DNA from: a virus | Lineage: Duplodnaviria > Caudoviricetes | IMG/VR virus record: IMGVR_UViG_3300042347_000715 | Coordinates: 1 to 46,536 of that record | Direction: 5' to 3' (one strand) | DNA length: 46,536 nt | Shown here: positions 9,702-19,370 of the stretch, piece after piece | Layout: every line of letters starts with the position of its first letter | How positions within the stretch are numbered: position 1 is the stretch's first letter | Translations under genes and position numbers: made by a program | The notes under the pieces: generated by a model | Seen by the model: only the letters and a program-made list of their open reading frames with translations | Database searches by the model: none | What the model was told of the DNA's origin: nothing

Positions 9702-12700
9702 CAGACTCCAACAGAACGGCGGGTGGCAACGCTGTTTTTCAGGCTGCGCATGGCGCGGCGTTCGCCTTGGATGGCGCCTTGTTGGGCAGCTTGTGCCATG
9801 CCGGCTCTGAACTGGTCAGCTGTAACGTAGTCCACATTGTTGATGCGTTCCACGCTGTAGCGGACGTCGATGGGCGCCATCGGGGCTGTTGCTGTGCCGC
9901 CGCTTTTGCTGCTGGAGCCGCTGCCGGCAATGACGGATTCGCCACGGGCGCCACGTGAATAGCGGGACATGGCGGCCGACATTTTCGACTGCGGGATGAC
10001 GTATTCCGGTTCGCCGCCTTCGCCGATCAGAGCGCGAGTGGGGCCAGTAACAAAGCCGCCTTCGGCAAATGCGTACTGCTGCCATCCTCCCGGTAAAACA
10101 TTACCTCCACTACCCGCTGGGTTTCCTCCGGTAATACCACCCCCAAAAGCACGTAACACAGTCATAAACAGTTGCTGTGCCAGCATTTGCGTAGCCATAT
10201 CAATGAAGGCTTTGCCGATGCTTTCAAACATGCGACTAAAAGCTTCGGCAACCGTAGTAGTGCCAGTAATTATCCCTGTAATTGAATCGCTAAAGGCTTG
10301 TGATACTTCGTTTACGATAAACCCATACTTTTCATAAATTTGCTGTTGTCTTAAAAGTTGCTGCTCTAGTTGATCACGAAGTTGTAGTTCCGTTTCTAAC
10401 TGGGCTAACTGGTCTTGCTGTACAGCAAGTTCGGCTTGTTTTTGGCTTAATTGGTCGGCAGTAAGTAAACCAGGTGTTTCTTGTGCACGTTGGACGGTTA
10501 ATTGTGCCGCTTTTATTTCTTCTTGTAAAGGAATAAGCTCGTCTAAACGTCGCATGTATTGGTCTAACATTTGCATATCTCGTTGTAGTTGTTCGCCCCC
10601 AAAGGGGAACTCAAGTTGGGTTTGTAATCTATCAATTTCAGTTTGACCTGCTACACGGCGCTGGGCATTTTGACTCAATAGTTGTTGTGCTGCTAACGCT
10701 TGCTCCAGCTTGGCGCGTTCGCGCTGTACGTTTAGGTTCTCTTTCAAGTACTGATACTCTAACTTTAAGTTATTTAGTCTATTATCAAACGTAGCATCAA
10801 TCGTTTTTTGGTTAGTAGCATAATCTTCTGAGGCTTGCGCAGAAGCGTATTCGTTACGAATAATACCTTCTTGAATTCCTTGACGCCTTTCCAACAGAAT
10901 TAAACTTTGCTCGTACCCAGCAATAGGTCCTTTATACAGGTCTACACCTTTTTCTAGGATTGCGTATTCATCGAGGACTGTTTGCGCCAGCTGATTTTGC
11001 AACTGAAGCATAAGCTGGTAAGCTCTGATTCTGTCCTGATTAGTTTGTTCTGCAGCTCGCGCAGCCTGTTGATCAATGTTACGTACTTCAGCTGCGTACT
11101 TTAAGTTGGCCTGTTGTATCATTAACTGATTTTTTGTAGCGTCATATGCCTTACCTATCCAGTAATTTTGGATTTCGAGTAGTTTGTTTTTGTATTCTTG
11201 CTGAGCTACTTGTTTGGCTACGGCCACGTAACTTTGGCCGTCCTTCTCTAAGGACATTCCGGCCAGAGTTAGCTTTTGGCCTTCTAGTTGTACTTGGGCT
11301 GCTAGCTCCCTTGTTTGTGCTTGTGCTTGAAGTTCTGGAGTTTTGTCTATGGATGTACCAGGACGCTCCATGGTTGCCCGTCCTGCATAGCTTTGGTAGA
11401 GCTGGGATACTTGCTGACGCTTTTGCGCCTCGTTGAATAGATTTGCACCTTGGAGGATGCGTTGCTCTTCGCGTTGCAAGGCAGCTTGATCTTGGGCAGA
11501 TAGCCCTTGCAAAATGTCAGTTTGATTAACTGCTTCTCGTGTTGCGCGGTTTCCAATAGCAATAACGTTTGCAAGCCAGCTCAGTATTCCTGCAAGAGGT
11601 CCAGCGATGGCTGCTTGCGCTTGCAGCGAAAATTCTGCAAATGCTTTGTTTAGTTTGTCGCTGGCTGCTCCAGCGTTTTGGAGATCGCGCAGACCCTCTA
11701 CGCCGATCTTTTTGATTAACTCATCTTGTATTGCAGTAGCGGCTTCTGTTACGCGGCCGGCTTGGATTAGACGTTCGATGTACTGTTTTTGGCTTCGGCT
11801 AGCAATTAGGCCGGCGTCTGCAAGTTTTTGGAAGTTTGTGATCGGATCGCGCATTGCGCTTCCGGCTTCTGTCACAGAGGCGACGAATTGATCCACCAAT
11901 GCGCCAACGGCACTAGTGGCCACAGACAGCATGGGATTGCCTGGGATAAGACCTCCTAGTGCGCCGCCGGCTACAGTTCCAACGCCGCCGCCAAATAGCA
12001 TTGGGAAGGCGCCACCAATGATGACGTTTTCGGTCATCTCGCGGCGACGTGCCTGGGCAGCTCTACCTTGCTCTACGCGCCGTTGTCTATCAGCACGCAG
12101 TGAAGCTGGGTCTAGCGTTCCAGATGCGACGCGCTGTTGTGCACGGTATTGCTCCATAAGGAGTTTATTCTGATCACGCAGTATCTGGATGCTGCGTTCA
12201 TCGACAGACTGTTGCTGACGCTTAGCAGCCGTTATTTGTTGTTCAGTTTTTAAGGTTTGAGCTTGTAAGCCGATAACAGTTCGTTCGGATCTAGCCAGAG
12301 CATCGGAGGCGGCAGCTCGAATTCGAGCTTGCTCGTTAAGCATCGAACGGTATTGGTCGGAGGCCGTTTCTGTACGGCCGCCAGGGAACAACTCGCCACG
12401 GGCTGGTACTTGTGCCAGTGAGTATTGGCCACCGGCCATTGCACGTTCACGCGCCATGAGTTCGGCGCTGCGTTCGCGGGCTATCTCAGCGCTGCGACGG
12501 TTCTCTTGGAACTCCTGAACTCTTGTGCGTAATTGGGATTGTGTGCCAAACACACCGGCTTTGCTGGAGCGCGCAATGCGCTCCAGGTTTGATGCCCATA
12601 GCTTTGTCTGTGCTGCTACTTGTGCGGCAAGACGTTCGTATTCGGCCAGCTCTGCGTTTATCTGGGTTTGTAATTTTAAGTCTTTCTGTTGTTGAATTTC

Positions 12701-13504
12701 ACGTGATTTAAGGAGGGCTACACGTCTATTAAGTTCAGCATCGCGTACATCTTGCGGTTGTAGACCTTGTGCTTGGCGGATTAAGTCATTTATGGCTTTC
12801 TGTTCTGTGCGTTGTTCTTTTTGTACGGCTACGAGTTGCTCTGCTGCTACTACGGCTTCTGCAGTTGAGGAGTGAAATTCGCCGCTTTGTTGTACGGCGT
12901 CTCTGAGTTGATTGTTTAGTTGATTGAGTGTGCTGCCTGAAATGAGATCCTTAAATGTTGAAGCAGTGGCATTTAATTCCGTGTTTAGTTGCCCAATGTT
13001 GTCGATTACTTGTGCAATTTTTTGTGTAGTTTGTGCACCTACAGCTTTGTCTACGGCAGTAGCAAGTCCTGTAGCCGCGCTTGACGCTTTGAGTATTTGT
13101 GGTGCAAATGCCATTGCGGCAACTGCCGCAATTCCAAATGCGTTGGGTACTTGCCCAATGTGATTGAGAATGTCTGTAATTACAGCTGGTACACCGCCGA
13201 GAGCGCTGTTTACAGTTGCTCCAGCGCTGGCTGCTGCGGCACCAAGGATGCCGAATTTGGCGCCGAGGCCGCCTAAAGCTGTTGTGGCTTTGCCTGCTGC
13301 AAGGGTCAGTGCGCCTAGCGCTCCACGCTGACCAATACCTTGGACTGCGGTTCCAATGTCACGTACACTTTTTTGGAAATTGCGTGCATCTAACTTAAAA
13401 GCGGCTTCCCCTAGTTGGGTTATGCGCTTTTGAAGTTTGGATAGCTCAGATTCAGCCTGTTTGGTGTCGGCACTTACTCTGATTTTGGCGTTGTAATCGG
13501 CCAC
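9701..13504 (-). CDS. Tape measure protein (1267 aa)
   Basis: Long Ala/Gln-rich helical protein following the chaperone; C-terminal FAEGGFVTGPTRALIGEGGEPEYVIP motif typical of TMPs. Confidence 0.92.
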   Translation of the reverse strand: MADYNAKIRVSADTKQAESELSKLQKRITQLGEAAFKLDARNFQKSVRDIGTAVQGIGQRGALGALTLAAGKATTALGGLGAKFGILGAAAASAGATVNSALGGVPAVITDILNHIGQVPNAFGIAAVAAMAFAPQILKASSAATGLATAVDKAVGAQTTQKIAQVIDNIGQLNTELNATASTFKDLISGSTLNQLNNQLRDAVQQSGEFHSSTAEAVVAAEQLVAVQKEQRTEQKAINDLIRQAQGLQPQDVRDAELNRRVALLKSREIQQQKDLKLQTQINAELAEYERLAAQVAAQTKLWASNLERIARSSKAGVFGTQSQLRTRVQEFQENRRSAEIARERSAELMARERAMAGGQYSLAQVPARGELFPGGRTETASDQYRSMLNEQARIRAAASDALARSERTVIGLQAQTLKTEQQITAAKRQQQSVDERSIQILRDQNKLLMEQYRAQQRVASGTLDPASLRADRQRRVEQGRAAQARRREMTENVIIGGAFPMLFGGGVGTVAGGALGGLIPGNPMLSVATSAVGALVDQFVASVTEAGSAMRDPITNFQKLADAGLIASRSQKQYIERLIQAGRVTEAATAIQDELIKKIGVEGLRDLQNAGAASDKLNKAFAEFSLQAQAAIAGPLAGILSWLANVIAIGNRATREAVNQTDILQGLSAQDQAALQREEQRILQGANLFNEAQKRQQVSQLYQSYAGRATMERPGTSIDKTPELQAQAQTRELAAQVQLEGQKLTLAGMSLEKDGQSYVAVAKQVAQQEYKNKLLEIQNYWIGKAYDATKNQLMIQQANLKYAAEVRNIDQQAARAAEQTNQDRIRAYQLMLQLQNQLAQTVLDEYAILEKGVDLYKGPIAGYEQSLILLERRQGIQEGIIRNEYASAQASEDYATNQKTIDATFDNRLNNLKLEYQYLKENLNVQRERAKLEQALAAQQLLSQNAQRRVAGQTEIDRLQTQLEFPFGGEQLQRDMQMLDQYMRRLDELIPLQEEIKAAQLTVQRAQETPGLLTADQLSQKQAELAVQQDQLAQLETELQLRDQLEQQLLRQQQIYEKYGFIVNEVSQAFSDSITGIITGTTTVAEAFSRMFESIGKAFIDMATQMLAQQLFMTVLRAFGGGITGGNPAGSGGNVLPGGWQQYAFAEGGFVTGPTRALIGEGGEPEYVIPQSKMSAAMSRYSRGARGESVIAGSGSSSKSGGTATAPMAPIDVRYSVERINNVDYVTADQFRAGMAQAAQQGAIQGERRAMRSLKNSVATRRSVGV

Positions 13505-13542
13505 CGCACCATTGCCTTAGCGTAAAAACAGTCTACGCAACA

Positions 13543-13567
13543 AAAAAGCCGCCGGGTTAGCGGCGGC
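13543..13567 (-). terminator. Intrinsic terminator-like hairpin after the chaperone GT ORF
   Basis: GCCGCCG/CGGCGGC stem followed by a T6 tract on the minus strand. Confidence 0.6.
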
Positions 13568-13748
13568 GTTTGGCCTTGTCCATCTCCTTTTGCTGGTCTT
13601 CGTTCAGGATTTGGAAGTAGGCGCTCCAGCCGAGTAATTCCTCGGCGGTCATTGAGGTCCGAACTTCGGTGAGGGTTAGGCCCAGTTCCTTGGCGACGCC
13701 GAATTGGAGCATGAGCCAGTTGTCCTTGCGGAGTTCGGCGCTCAGGAT
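13557..13748 (-). CDS. Tail assembly chaperone GT extension (-1 frameshift product)
   Basis: -1 frame after slippery C CCA AAA (13754-13748) is open for 63 codons: ILSAELRKDNWLMLQFGVAKELGLTLTEVRTSMTAEELLGWSAYF...RRR*. Confidence 0.85.
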   Translation of the reverse strand: MLSAELRKDNWLMLQFGVAKELGLTLTEVRTSMTAEELLGWSAYFQILNEDQQKEMDKAKRRR

Positions 13749-14083
13749 TTTGGGTCGATGGGCTCGGCGTCGTCGGTCAGGATTGCCAGCATCAGAGCTT
13801 GAAGGTCTTTGTCCTTGACTTCGTTTTTCAGGACGTCCACTTCGCCGACGCTGAAGAGCTTGGCGCCGGATTCGTCGAGGGCCTTGGCGATCAGCAGTTG
13901 GAGTGCGAAGGCGTTGGCGTCGTCAGACTTGGCTTGTTTCTGGGCGCGTTCGCGCTCAGCCATCGTCAGCGGTGCCACCCACATTTCAAATGTGTTGCCG
14001 TCGGACAGGTCTACTACTTTTTTGACTGGCTCCAGGTTGGCGGCCTTACGGAGACGGTCGATTGCGCGTACAGGAACGGGCAT
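13742..14083 (-). CDS. Tail assembly chaperone G (113 aa)
   Basis: Between tail tube and TMP; ends in a slippery heptamer. Confidence 0.85.
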   Translation of the reverse strand: MPVPVRAIDRLRKAANLEPVKKVVDLSDGNTFEMWVAPLTMAERERAQKQAKSDDANAFALQLLIAKALDESGAKLFSVGEVDVLKNEVKDKDLQALMLAILTDDAEPIDPKS

Positions 14084-14126
14084 ACCAGTGCTTGGGGTAT
14101 GGGATTAGTGTAGCGGAGTAGAAATG

Positions 14127-14154
14127 AAAAACCCCGGCTGGGAGGCCGGGGGTT
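14127..14154 (-). terminator. Intrinsic terminator after major tail gene
   Basis: CCCCGGC/GCCGGGG stem plus T-tract on the minus strand. Confidence 0.7.
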
Positions 14155-14180
14155 GCTGAACTGGCTGCGACAGCAGACTA

Positions 14181-14954
14181 TCAGGCTGCAGTGCTGAAGT
14201 CGAAGGTCGGGGTGCCAGCGGGGCGGAAGTTGACGGTCACCGATTGGGCGTCGTCGGGGTTGATGTTCAGGCTGGCCGAGGTCAGCACTGCATCGAACGA
14301 GATCGAGCGGCTCAGGCTTTCGCTCAGGGTGCCGCCGCTGAATACGCGGTCGGTGTAGAGCTTGAAGGCGGCGCCAGTCTGTTGGCGCTGGAGCACGTCC
14401 TCGATCATGCGATTGGACAGAGCGGCGTCCTCATTGGTCATGTAGACCGTTGCGGTGCCGGTGCCATCGCCGAAGCCGCTGATGTAGCTGCGGAAGGGCA
14501 CGTACTGGCCGGGGGTTTGGCCGATGGTGGTGACGTCGATTTCAGCGCGGCTGATCTCGAAGCTCCAGTCGCGGACTTGGCCGACAACGGCGAAGTCGGC
14601 GTAGTACACCTCGAATTCGTTGGGGGCAACGGCAGTGCCGTCGTCGGTGATGGCGAGGATGGTACCGCCAGCAGCGGTCGACACGGTGAGTGCACCAGTC
14701 GCAGCGGTGTAGCTCAGGACGTAGTAAGTGGTAGCGTCCGAAATGGGTGCGGGCAGAGTGCCAGTACCGGTGCCGCCGGTTTGGCTGTTCACCACGCGGA
14801 ATTTCACCGGGTCGCCTGCCTTGAAGTTCAGGTAGGGGGCAACGGTGATTACATCGGTGGTGGCGTTGACGCCGGATTCACCGAAGGTGCCGGTGGTGCC
14901 GGCGGGCTTGTAGTAGAGAGCGCCGGACGTGCCGGACAGAACGGTGGTGGCCAT
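14181..14954 (-). CDS. Major tail tube protein
   Basis: VGQVRDWSFEISRAEIDVTTIG motif; position between tail terminator and chaperone; ATG 14954 chosen. Confidence 0.85.
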   Translation of the reverse strand: MATTVLSGTSGALYYKPAGTTGTFGESGVNATTDVITVAPYLNFKAGDPVKFRVVNSQTGGTGTGTLPAPISDATTYYVLSYTAATGALTVSTAAGGTILAITDDGTAVAPNEFEVYYADFAVVGQVRDWSFEISRAEIDVTTIGQTPGQYVPFRSYISGFGDGTGTATVYMTNEDAALSNRMIEDVLQRQQTGAAFKLYTDRVFSGGTLSESLSRSISFDAVLTSASLNINPDDAQSVTVNFRPAGTPTFDFSTAA

Positions 14955-15030
14955 AGGGCGTACCAAGTGGACGTTGTTGGGCGGGCACTGCCCGGCTTAA
15001 TACAGGTTAGCGCCTGTTGTTAAGCATCAC

Positions 15031-15462
15031 CTAGGACAAAACAGTTGCAACGTAGGAGGTGTCAATCCGACCCATGAAGTGGGGCGCATCTTCTGTTGCT
15101 GAAAACGTAGGGCCGTTGATTTCGCCTACGCGGAAAAATACGCCGTTGGTTGTTTTTGCGGAGTTATTGAGTGTCTCCAGTGCATTAACTGCTGTGGTGA
15201 TCAGGGTTTGGTTGCGGGCTGGGCCTTTGCCTTTTTCCGTGAAAATACGGATAACAATCGCGCCACGGGCGTTGTCAACGCTGCTGGTAAGCGTGGGTTC
15301 GTTGGTAATACCGAAAGTAACATTGACGCGGACGTATTCGGTCGTGGTGTTAGGTGGGACGGCCGTGATGTTGTCGAAGTAGACAGGTACTGCGGGTACC
15401 AGTGCGCCAAACGCGGAAAGAAGCGGATTTTCGACCGCTGCGCGGATTGCTTGATAGTTCAT
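15031..15462 (-). CDS. Tail terminator / completion protein (143 aa)
   Basis: VYFDN...YVRVNV...GAIVIRIFTEKGKG pattern and synteny. Confidence 0.65.
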   Translation of the reverse strand: MNYQAIRAAVENPLLSAFGALVPAVPVYFDNITAVPPNTTTEYVRVNVTFGITNEPTLTSSVDNARGAIVIRIFTEKGKGPARNQTLITTAVNALETLNNSAKTTNGVFFRVGEINGPTFSATEDAPHFMGRIDTSYVATVLS

Positions 15463-16025
15463 CGGCCAAATCCTGTGCCTGGGGTATTTCCACCGCGTGG
15501 ACCTTGGCGGAAACCGATGCGAACACCGTTGCCGAGATCACGTTGCATTGCGCCACCACTTGTGTACGTAACGTACCAGTCAAGAGGGGCCGTACTGACC
15601 GCAAAACCTTGACCGCTTGTAACTTGACCGCGCCTAGGACCTGTGCGTCTACCTACAGCGACTGGTGTTTTTAGGGGCTCAAGGATGTTGCCGGCATCGT
15701 CGTACTGGGTTTGGAAGCGTCCTTCTTTTAGATCTAGGGCTTCAGGCGCGTAGTCGACGCCATTCACTATTTCGTAGTAAGTGCCGGAGCGGAATTTTGT
15801 TCTAGGTACATTTCGTAGGTCGTATTTGTAGATGCTATTACCAGCAGAGCGGGGGCCGCCGGGAGACTGCCCTGGTTCGACTGCGTACCAAGCGGAGGAG
15901 AATTGACCGGAATATGCGGGACCTTGTTCTGCCAAGCTATTCATTATCTCTACTGCAGCTGTACGGGCTGAGTTGGTTACAAGTTCCTTCATGTCGTTGA
16001 TTAAATTTTTGAAGTCCTTGGCCAT
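15459..16025 (-). CDS. Neck / tail-completion protein (HK97 gp10-like, 188 aa)
   Basis: PAYSGQFSSAW and IVNGVDYA motifs; synteny. Confidence 0.6.
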   Translation of the reverse strand: MAKDFKNLINDMKELVTNSARTAAVEIMNSLAEQGPAYSGQFSSAWYAVEPGQSPGGPRSAGNSIYKYDLRNVPRTKFRSGTYYEIVNGVDYAPEALDLKEGRFQTQYDDAGNILEPLKTPVAVGRRTGPRRGQVTSGQGFAVSTAPLDWYVTYTSGGAMQRDLGNGVRIGFRQGPRGGNTPGTGFGR

Positions 16026-16402
16026 TATTGGGGCCTCACGATTAAGGAGTGGTAGACGGGGTTGTCGCCGCGATAGGTGGTTATGGCGATAATTTTGGCT
16101 TCGCGGGTTGCTCCAGCCTGTTGGTACTGGATGCGGTCGGCTTCAGTGGGGTAGTAGGTGCCGAGTTCGCTGGAGCCAATGATGACTTTCAGGTCGGTTG
16201 TTTGGTACAGACCTTCAGACTCACGAGGGCTGACCCGGGTAATTACGGCTTTGACTGTGACGGTGGTGTCGGAGCCGGTGACTGCTCCAGTCGTTGGGTT
16301 GTAGGTGCGTGGGGTGGCGGTTTTGATGTACGTGATGTTTTGGCCCCAGTCGGCGAGGAGTGAGGTCGGGATGGGGGCGAAGGTGGTGTCGATTAGGCCC
16401 AT
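16025..16402 (-). CDS. Head-closure protein (125 aa)
   Basis: TYNPTTG motif, beta-rich, synteny. Confidence 0.65.
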   Translation of the reverse strand: MGLIDTTFAPIPTSLLADWGQNITYIKTATPRTYNPTTGAVTGSDTTVTVKAVITRVSPRESEGLYQTTDLKVIIGSSELGTYYPTEADRIQYQQAGATREAKIIAITTYRGDNPVYHSLIVRPQ

Positions 16403-16403
16403 G

Positions 16404-16940
16404 TCAACCTCGACGCAGACGGACGGCGTAGTTAGTGGCGCCGCCCATGCAATAGGCGCCGAGGTAGGTCTGGAGCCAGGGGTATAGATCGAAGACGTTG
16501 TTCACCATGCCTGGTGTCATGGAACTGGCTTTGTACTTGACCTTCAGTTCGCCGAGTTCCACTTGGTCGTAAAGGCCAGTGGTGCCAGTGCTGCCGGTTA
16601 TGGCGTCGGTGTCGTTGGCGAGGGCGCGTGCCAGTTCGTAGGTGGCGACTTTGATTTCGGTTGGGATGACAGTGCAAACCAGTTCGATGCCGTCAACCTC
16701 GAAGTCTTCGCGGGGCCACTTCAGGGCTTGCGTGGTGGTGCAGCGGTCGCCGTAGAAGCTGAGGGCGTCGATCCAGCGGGTGGCGCTGATTAGGGCGCGG
16801 TTCTTTTGGTCGTCGGTTTTGCTGGTCCAGGTCGCGGAGTCCGGGACGGTTTCGAAATAGGTGTTGGCGGCGGCCAACGTCACGTAGCTGTTGGCTGACG
16901 CGCCGGCAACAGTGGCATCAATGACGGCAGCCACAATCAA
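16404..16940 (-). CDS. Head-tail adaptor (DnaT-like fold family)
   Basis: ANSYVTLAAANTYF...ALISATRWID...QALKWPR motifs. Confidence 0.75.
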   Translation of the reverse strand: MIVAAVIDATVAGASANSYVTLAAANTYFETVPDSATWTSKTDDQKNRALISATRWIDALSFYGDRCTTTQALKWPREDFEVDGIELVCTVIPTEIKVATYELARALANDTDAITGSTGTTGLYDQVELGELKVKYKASSMTPGMVNNVFDLYPWLQTYLGAYCMGGATNYAVRLRRG

Positions 16941-17131
16941 TACATCCTTTGTTTGAGTCTAGCGCCAGTGCGTGATTTCCTTTGTTTGGCGGTTTCGCGC
17001 AAAATCATTGAGTGGTAAACCTTGGCGCCGAACATTTCCAGCTCGGCTTGGGCTTCTAGGTGTTGGCCGTATTGGACGTCAACAAAGCTGCGACAGTTAT
17101 CCTGTAGTACGAAGAGACGCACTGTACTCAT
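16937..17131 (-). CDS. Hypothetical protein (64 aa)
   Basis: ATG at 17131; stop overlaps the adaptor ORF; TAGGCT -10-like element at 17160-17155. Confidence 0.55.
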   Translation of the reverse strand: MSTVRLFVLQDNCRSFVDVQYGQHLEAQAELEMFGAKVYHSMILRETAKQRKSRTGARLKQRMY

Positions 17132-17405
17132 GCCTGCTCGCAAAGCTGCTGACAGCCTAGAAGTAAAGGAGGAATCCGCACCATCTGCGTTGCCTGGTGA
17201 CACCGTGCGCTCACTGGAGCCCGTTGCTGAGGCAATCCGCAAAATGTTTGCTGCGGGTAAAGATGCAGAGACGATCCAGCAGGAGTTGGCTGTTAGTCCG
17301 CATGTGTTTCGTGAGTTGCTTAGTCATTCGTACAAGATGGTGGGCCGCGCTCCAGAGATTTTTGAGTATCAGGAGCGGATTCGGATTGGTGAGATTGAGG
17401 GTTGA
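17130..17405 (+). CDS. Hypothetical protein, possible HTH (91 aa), opposite strand within the structural block
   Basis: ATG 17130; AIRKMFAAGKDAETIQQELAVSPHVF is HTH-like; fills an otherwise empty gap and ends at a bidirectional terminator. Confidence 0.6.
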   Translation: MPARKAADSLEVKEESAPSALPGDTVRSLEPVAEAIRKMFAAGKDAETIQQELAVSPHVFRELLSHSYKMVGRAPEIFEYQERIRIGEIEG

Positions 17406-17416
17406 GTAGATAAAAG

Positions 17417-17443
17417 AAAAGGCCCCCGGTAGTGGGGGCCTTT
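17417..17443. terminator. Bidirectional intrinsic terminator after the capsid gene
   Basis: AAAAGGCCCC-N-GGGGCCTTT hairpin. Confidence 0.75.
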
Positions 17444-17463
17444 GTTTTGGCTTGGCCTAAAAA

Positions 17464-18573
17464 TCAGGCGTAAGCCGTGGTATCGAACGGGGTGTTGACC
17501 AGCAGGCGGCAGAGAGGCACTTGCTTGGTGGTGCTGTACACCAGGCTCCAGGAGGCGGTGTCGCCCAAGTTGCCGGTGGTGGCAGCGTTGGTCGGGTTGT
17601 CGCCAGCCACGTTCCACTTGGTGCCGGTCACGTGGTAACCGTAGTGGTAATCCACGGCCAGGATGTCCTGCATCGACAGGATGTTGCGGTCTGCGCCAAG
17701 GCGGAGATCTTGTTGGATGCCCTCGGAAACGACGCCGCTCTGGAAGAGGTACACGGGGTACTTCTTGGCGTGGGTCGAGGTGCCGCCGGTCAGTGCGACC
17801 AGTTGGTCGTCGATCACCACGCGGAGACCAGCGAAGGTCGCCACTTCGGTTTGGGTCACGCCCACACCGCCGCCGCCCCACACGACGGAGCCGCCGGCAG
17901 ACAGTGCGGAAGTGCTGAAGGTCAGCATCCCCACCTGTTGCAGGTAGTAGGCCACGTTGGAGTGCATGGCGATGGAGTCGAGGTTGTCGCCTCGCTCACC
18001 CAGCAGGGCCTTGGCGGCCACCACGTTGGCAACGTTCAGGAAGTTGGCCTCGGTCATTGAACCGGGGACACCAGCAAACGTCTTGTTGGTCTGGTTGGGG
18101 CCGAGTACACCGGCGCCGCTGATGCCGCCGAACAGACCGGTCAGTTGGGCCACCAGGGTGGCGGTCTTCAGCTTGTTGATGGCAGCGGTCAGCTGGTTGC
18201 GGACGTGGCTGAGGGGGTCAGCGCCAGAGCCGAGCTTGCTGAGGTCGTCTGCGGCGTAGGCGAAGCCACGGTGCAGAATCGTCATGATCTGCTCGTCGGC
18301 AGTGACGTTCTGGGCGGTCAGATAACCCAGGCCACCGTTCCAGCTGGAGGTGGAGAGGATCTGGGTTTCGGTGGGGGCGATGGGGTCAAAGAAGGGCACG
18401 CGCACGCGGGTGCCGCCGGCACGGGCGTCGAGGGCAGCGTTGCGCTGGATGATGCCGCTCTGGACCCACTTCGATTGCTCGAAGATGCCTTCAGCGGTGT
18501 ACTGAAGAAACTCGGGGCGAGTTACAAGGTTCGAGAGAAAAGTTCCCCCGAAGTTGCTGTTAGATGCAGACAT
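17464..18573 (-). CDS. Major capsid protein (369 aa)
   Basis: Size, position after scaffold, strong codon bias, GLRVVIDD motif, downstream terminator. Confidence 0.9.
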   Translation of the reverse strand: MSASNSNFGGTFLSNLVTRPEFLQYTAEGIFEQSKWVQSGIIQRNAALDARAGGTRVRVPFFDPIAPTETQILSTSSWNGGLGYLTAQNVTADEQIMTILHRGFAYAADDLSKLGSGADPLSHVRNQLTAAINKLKTATLVAQLTGLFGGISGAGVLGPNQTNKTFAGVPGSMTEANFLNVANVVAAKALLGERGDNLDSIAMHSNVAYYLQQVGMLTFSTSALSAGGSVVWGGGGVGVTQTEVATFAGLRVVIDDQLVALTGGTSTHAKKYPVYLFQSGVVSEGIQQDLRLGADRNILSMQDILAVDYHYGYHVTGTKWNVAGDNPTNAATTGNLGDTASWSLVYSTTKQVPLCRLLVNTPFDTTAYA

Positions 18574-18620
18574 TGGGTAGCTCCAGTGGAGTCAAGGTTG
18601 GGGAGGTTGCCCCACAGGGG

Positions 18621-19328
18621 CTAGAGGCCGGCTTCTGCTTTAAGCAGCCTGGCTTTGTCGGGGTCGCTGGAAAGCATCATCATTTGCTGAGTGACGTTCC
18701 AGCTGTCCTTAGACCAGGGGTTGGTTTGGCCGGGGAGCGAGGTATTGCGGGCACTACCCGTAAGACCCATGCCGGCGCGGTTCGTGGCTGCAAAATGGTG
18801 CTCGTAGCCGCTGCCGGGATTTTTCAAGTTGGAGATGTACTCGCCAACTGGAACTTCGACGCCTCCAACAACAGCCACAGGCTGTCCATCTTTAGCGCGT
18901 AGGTTCTCCTGAAGTAAACGATACAGCTGATCGGGTGCCAGTGCACCAGCCTGGGAGAGTTGTGCGATTGCGGTGGATTTCAGTTGTTCTTGGGTGAATC
19001 CTTGACGGATTTGTTCAACTTCGGATTCTTTTGTTGCGAGTTGTTGTTTGAGTTCGGCGACGGTCTCTTGTGCTTGTTCCCAGAGAGTTTTGAATTCGCC
19101 GGATTCGGCGAGTTTGGCGGTTTTGGCGGATTCTTGCGCTACGCGGAGGTCTTCGATTTGTTTTTGGAGGGTTTCGCGGTTTTCGCGGTCTTTGCGGCGT
19201 TCGGCGATCAACTCTTGGTTTTTCGCACGAAGCGCTTCGAGTTGGGCGGCCAGATCAGAGCTATCAGCCACAGGCTGAGGGGCAACAGGCTCCACAGGAG
19301 TTACTGGTGCTTGCTGGTCTTCGGGCAC
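18621..19328 (-). CDS. Scaffolding protein (235 aa)
   Basis: Coiled coil, GEFKTLWE and NPW motifs; directly upstream of MCP. Confidence 0.8.
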   Translation of the reverse strand: MPEDQQAPVTPVEPVAPQPVADSSDLAAQLEALRAKNQELIAERRKDRENRETLQKQIEDLRVAQESAKTAKLAESGEFKTLWEQAQETVAELKQQLATKESEVEQIRQGFTQEQLKSTAIAQLSQAGALAPDQLYRLLQENLRAKDGQPVAVVGGVEVPVGEYISNLKNPGSGYEHHFAATNRAGMGLTGSARNTSLPGQTNPWSKDSWNVTQQMMMLSSDPDKARLLKAEAGL

Positions 19329-19370
19329 GGTTTTGTGTTACATGGACGGTTCTAGTTTACGACAGAAGAA

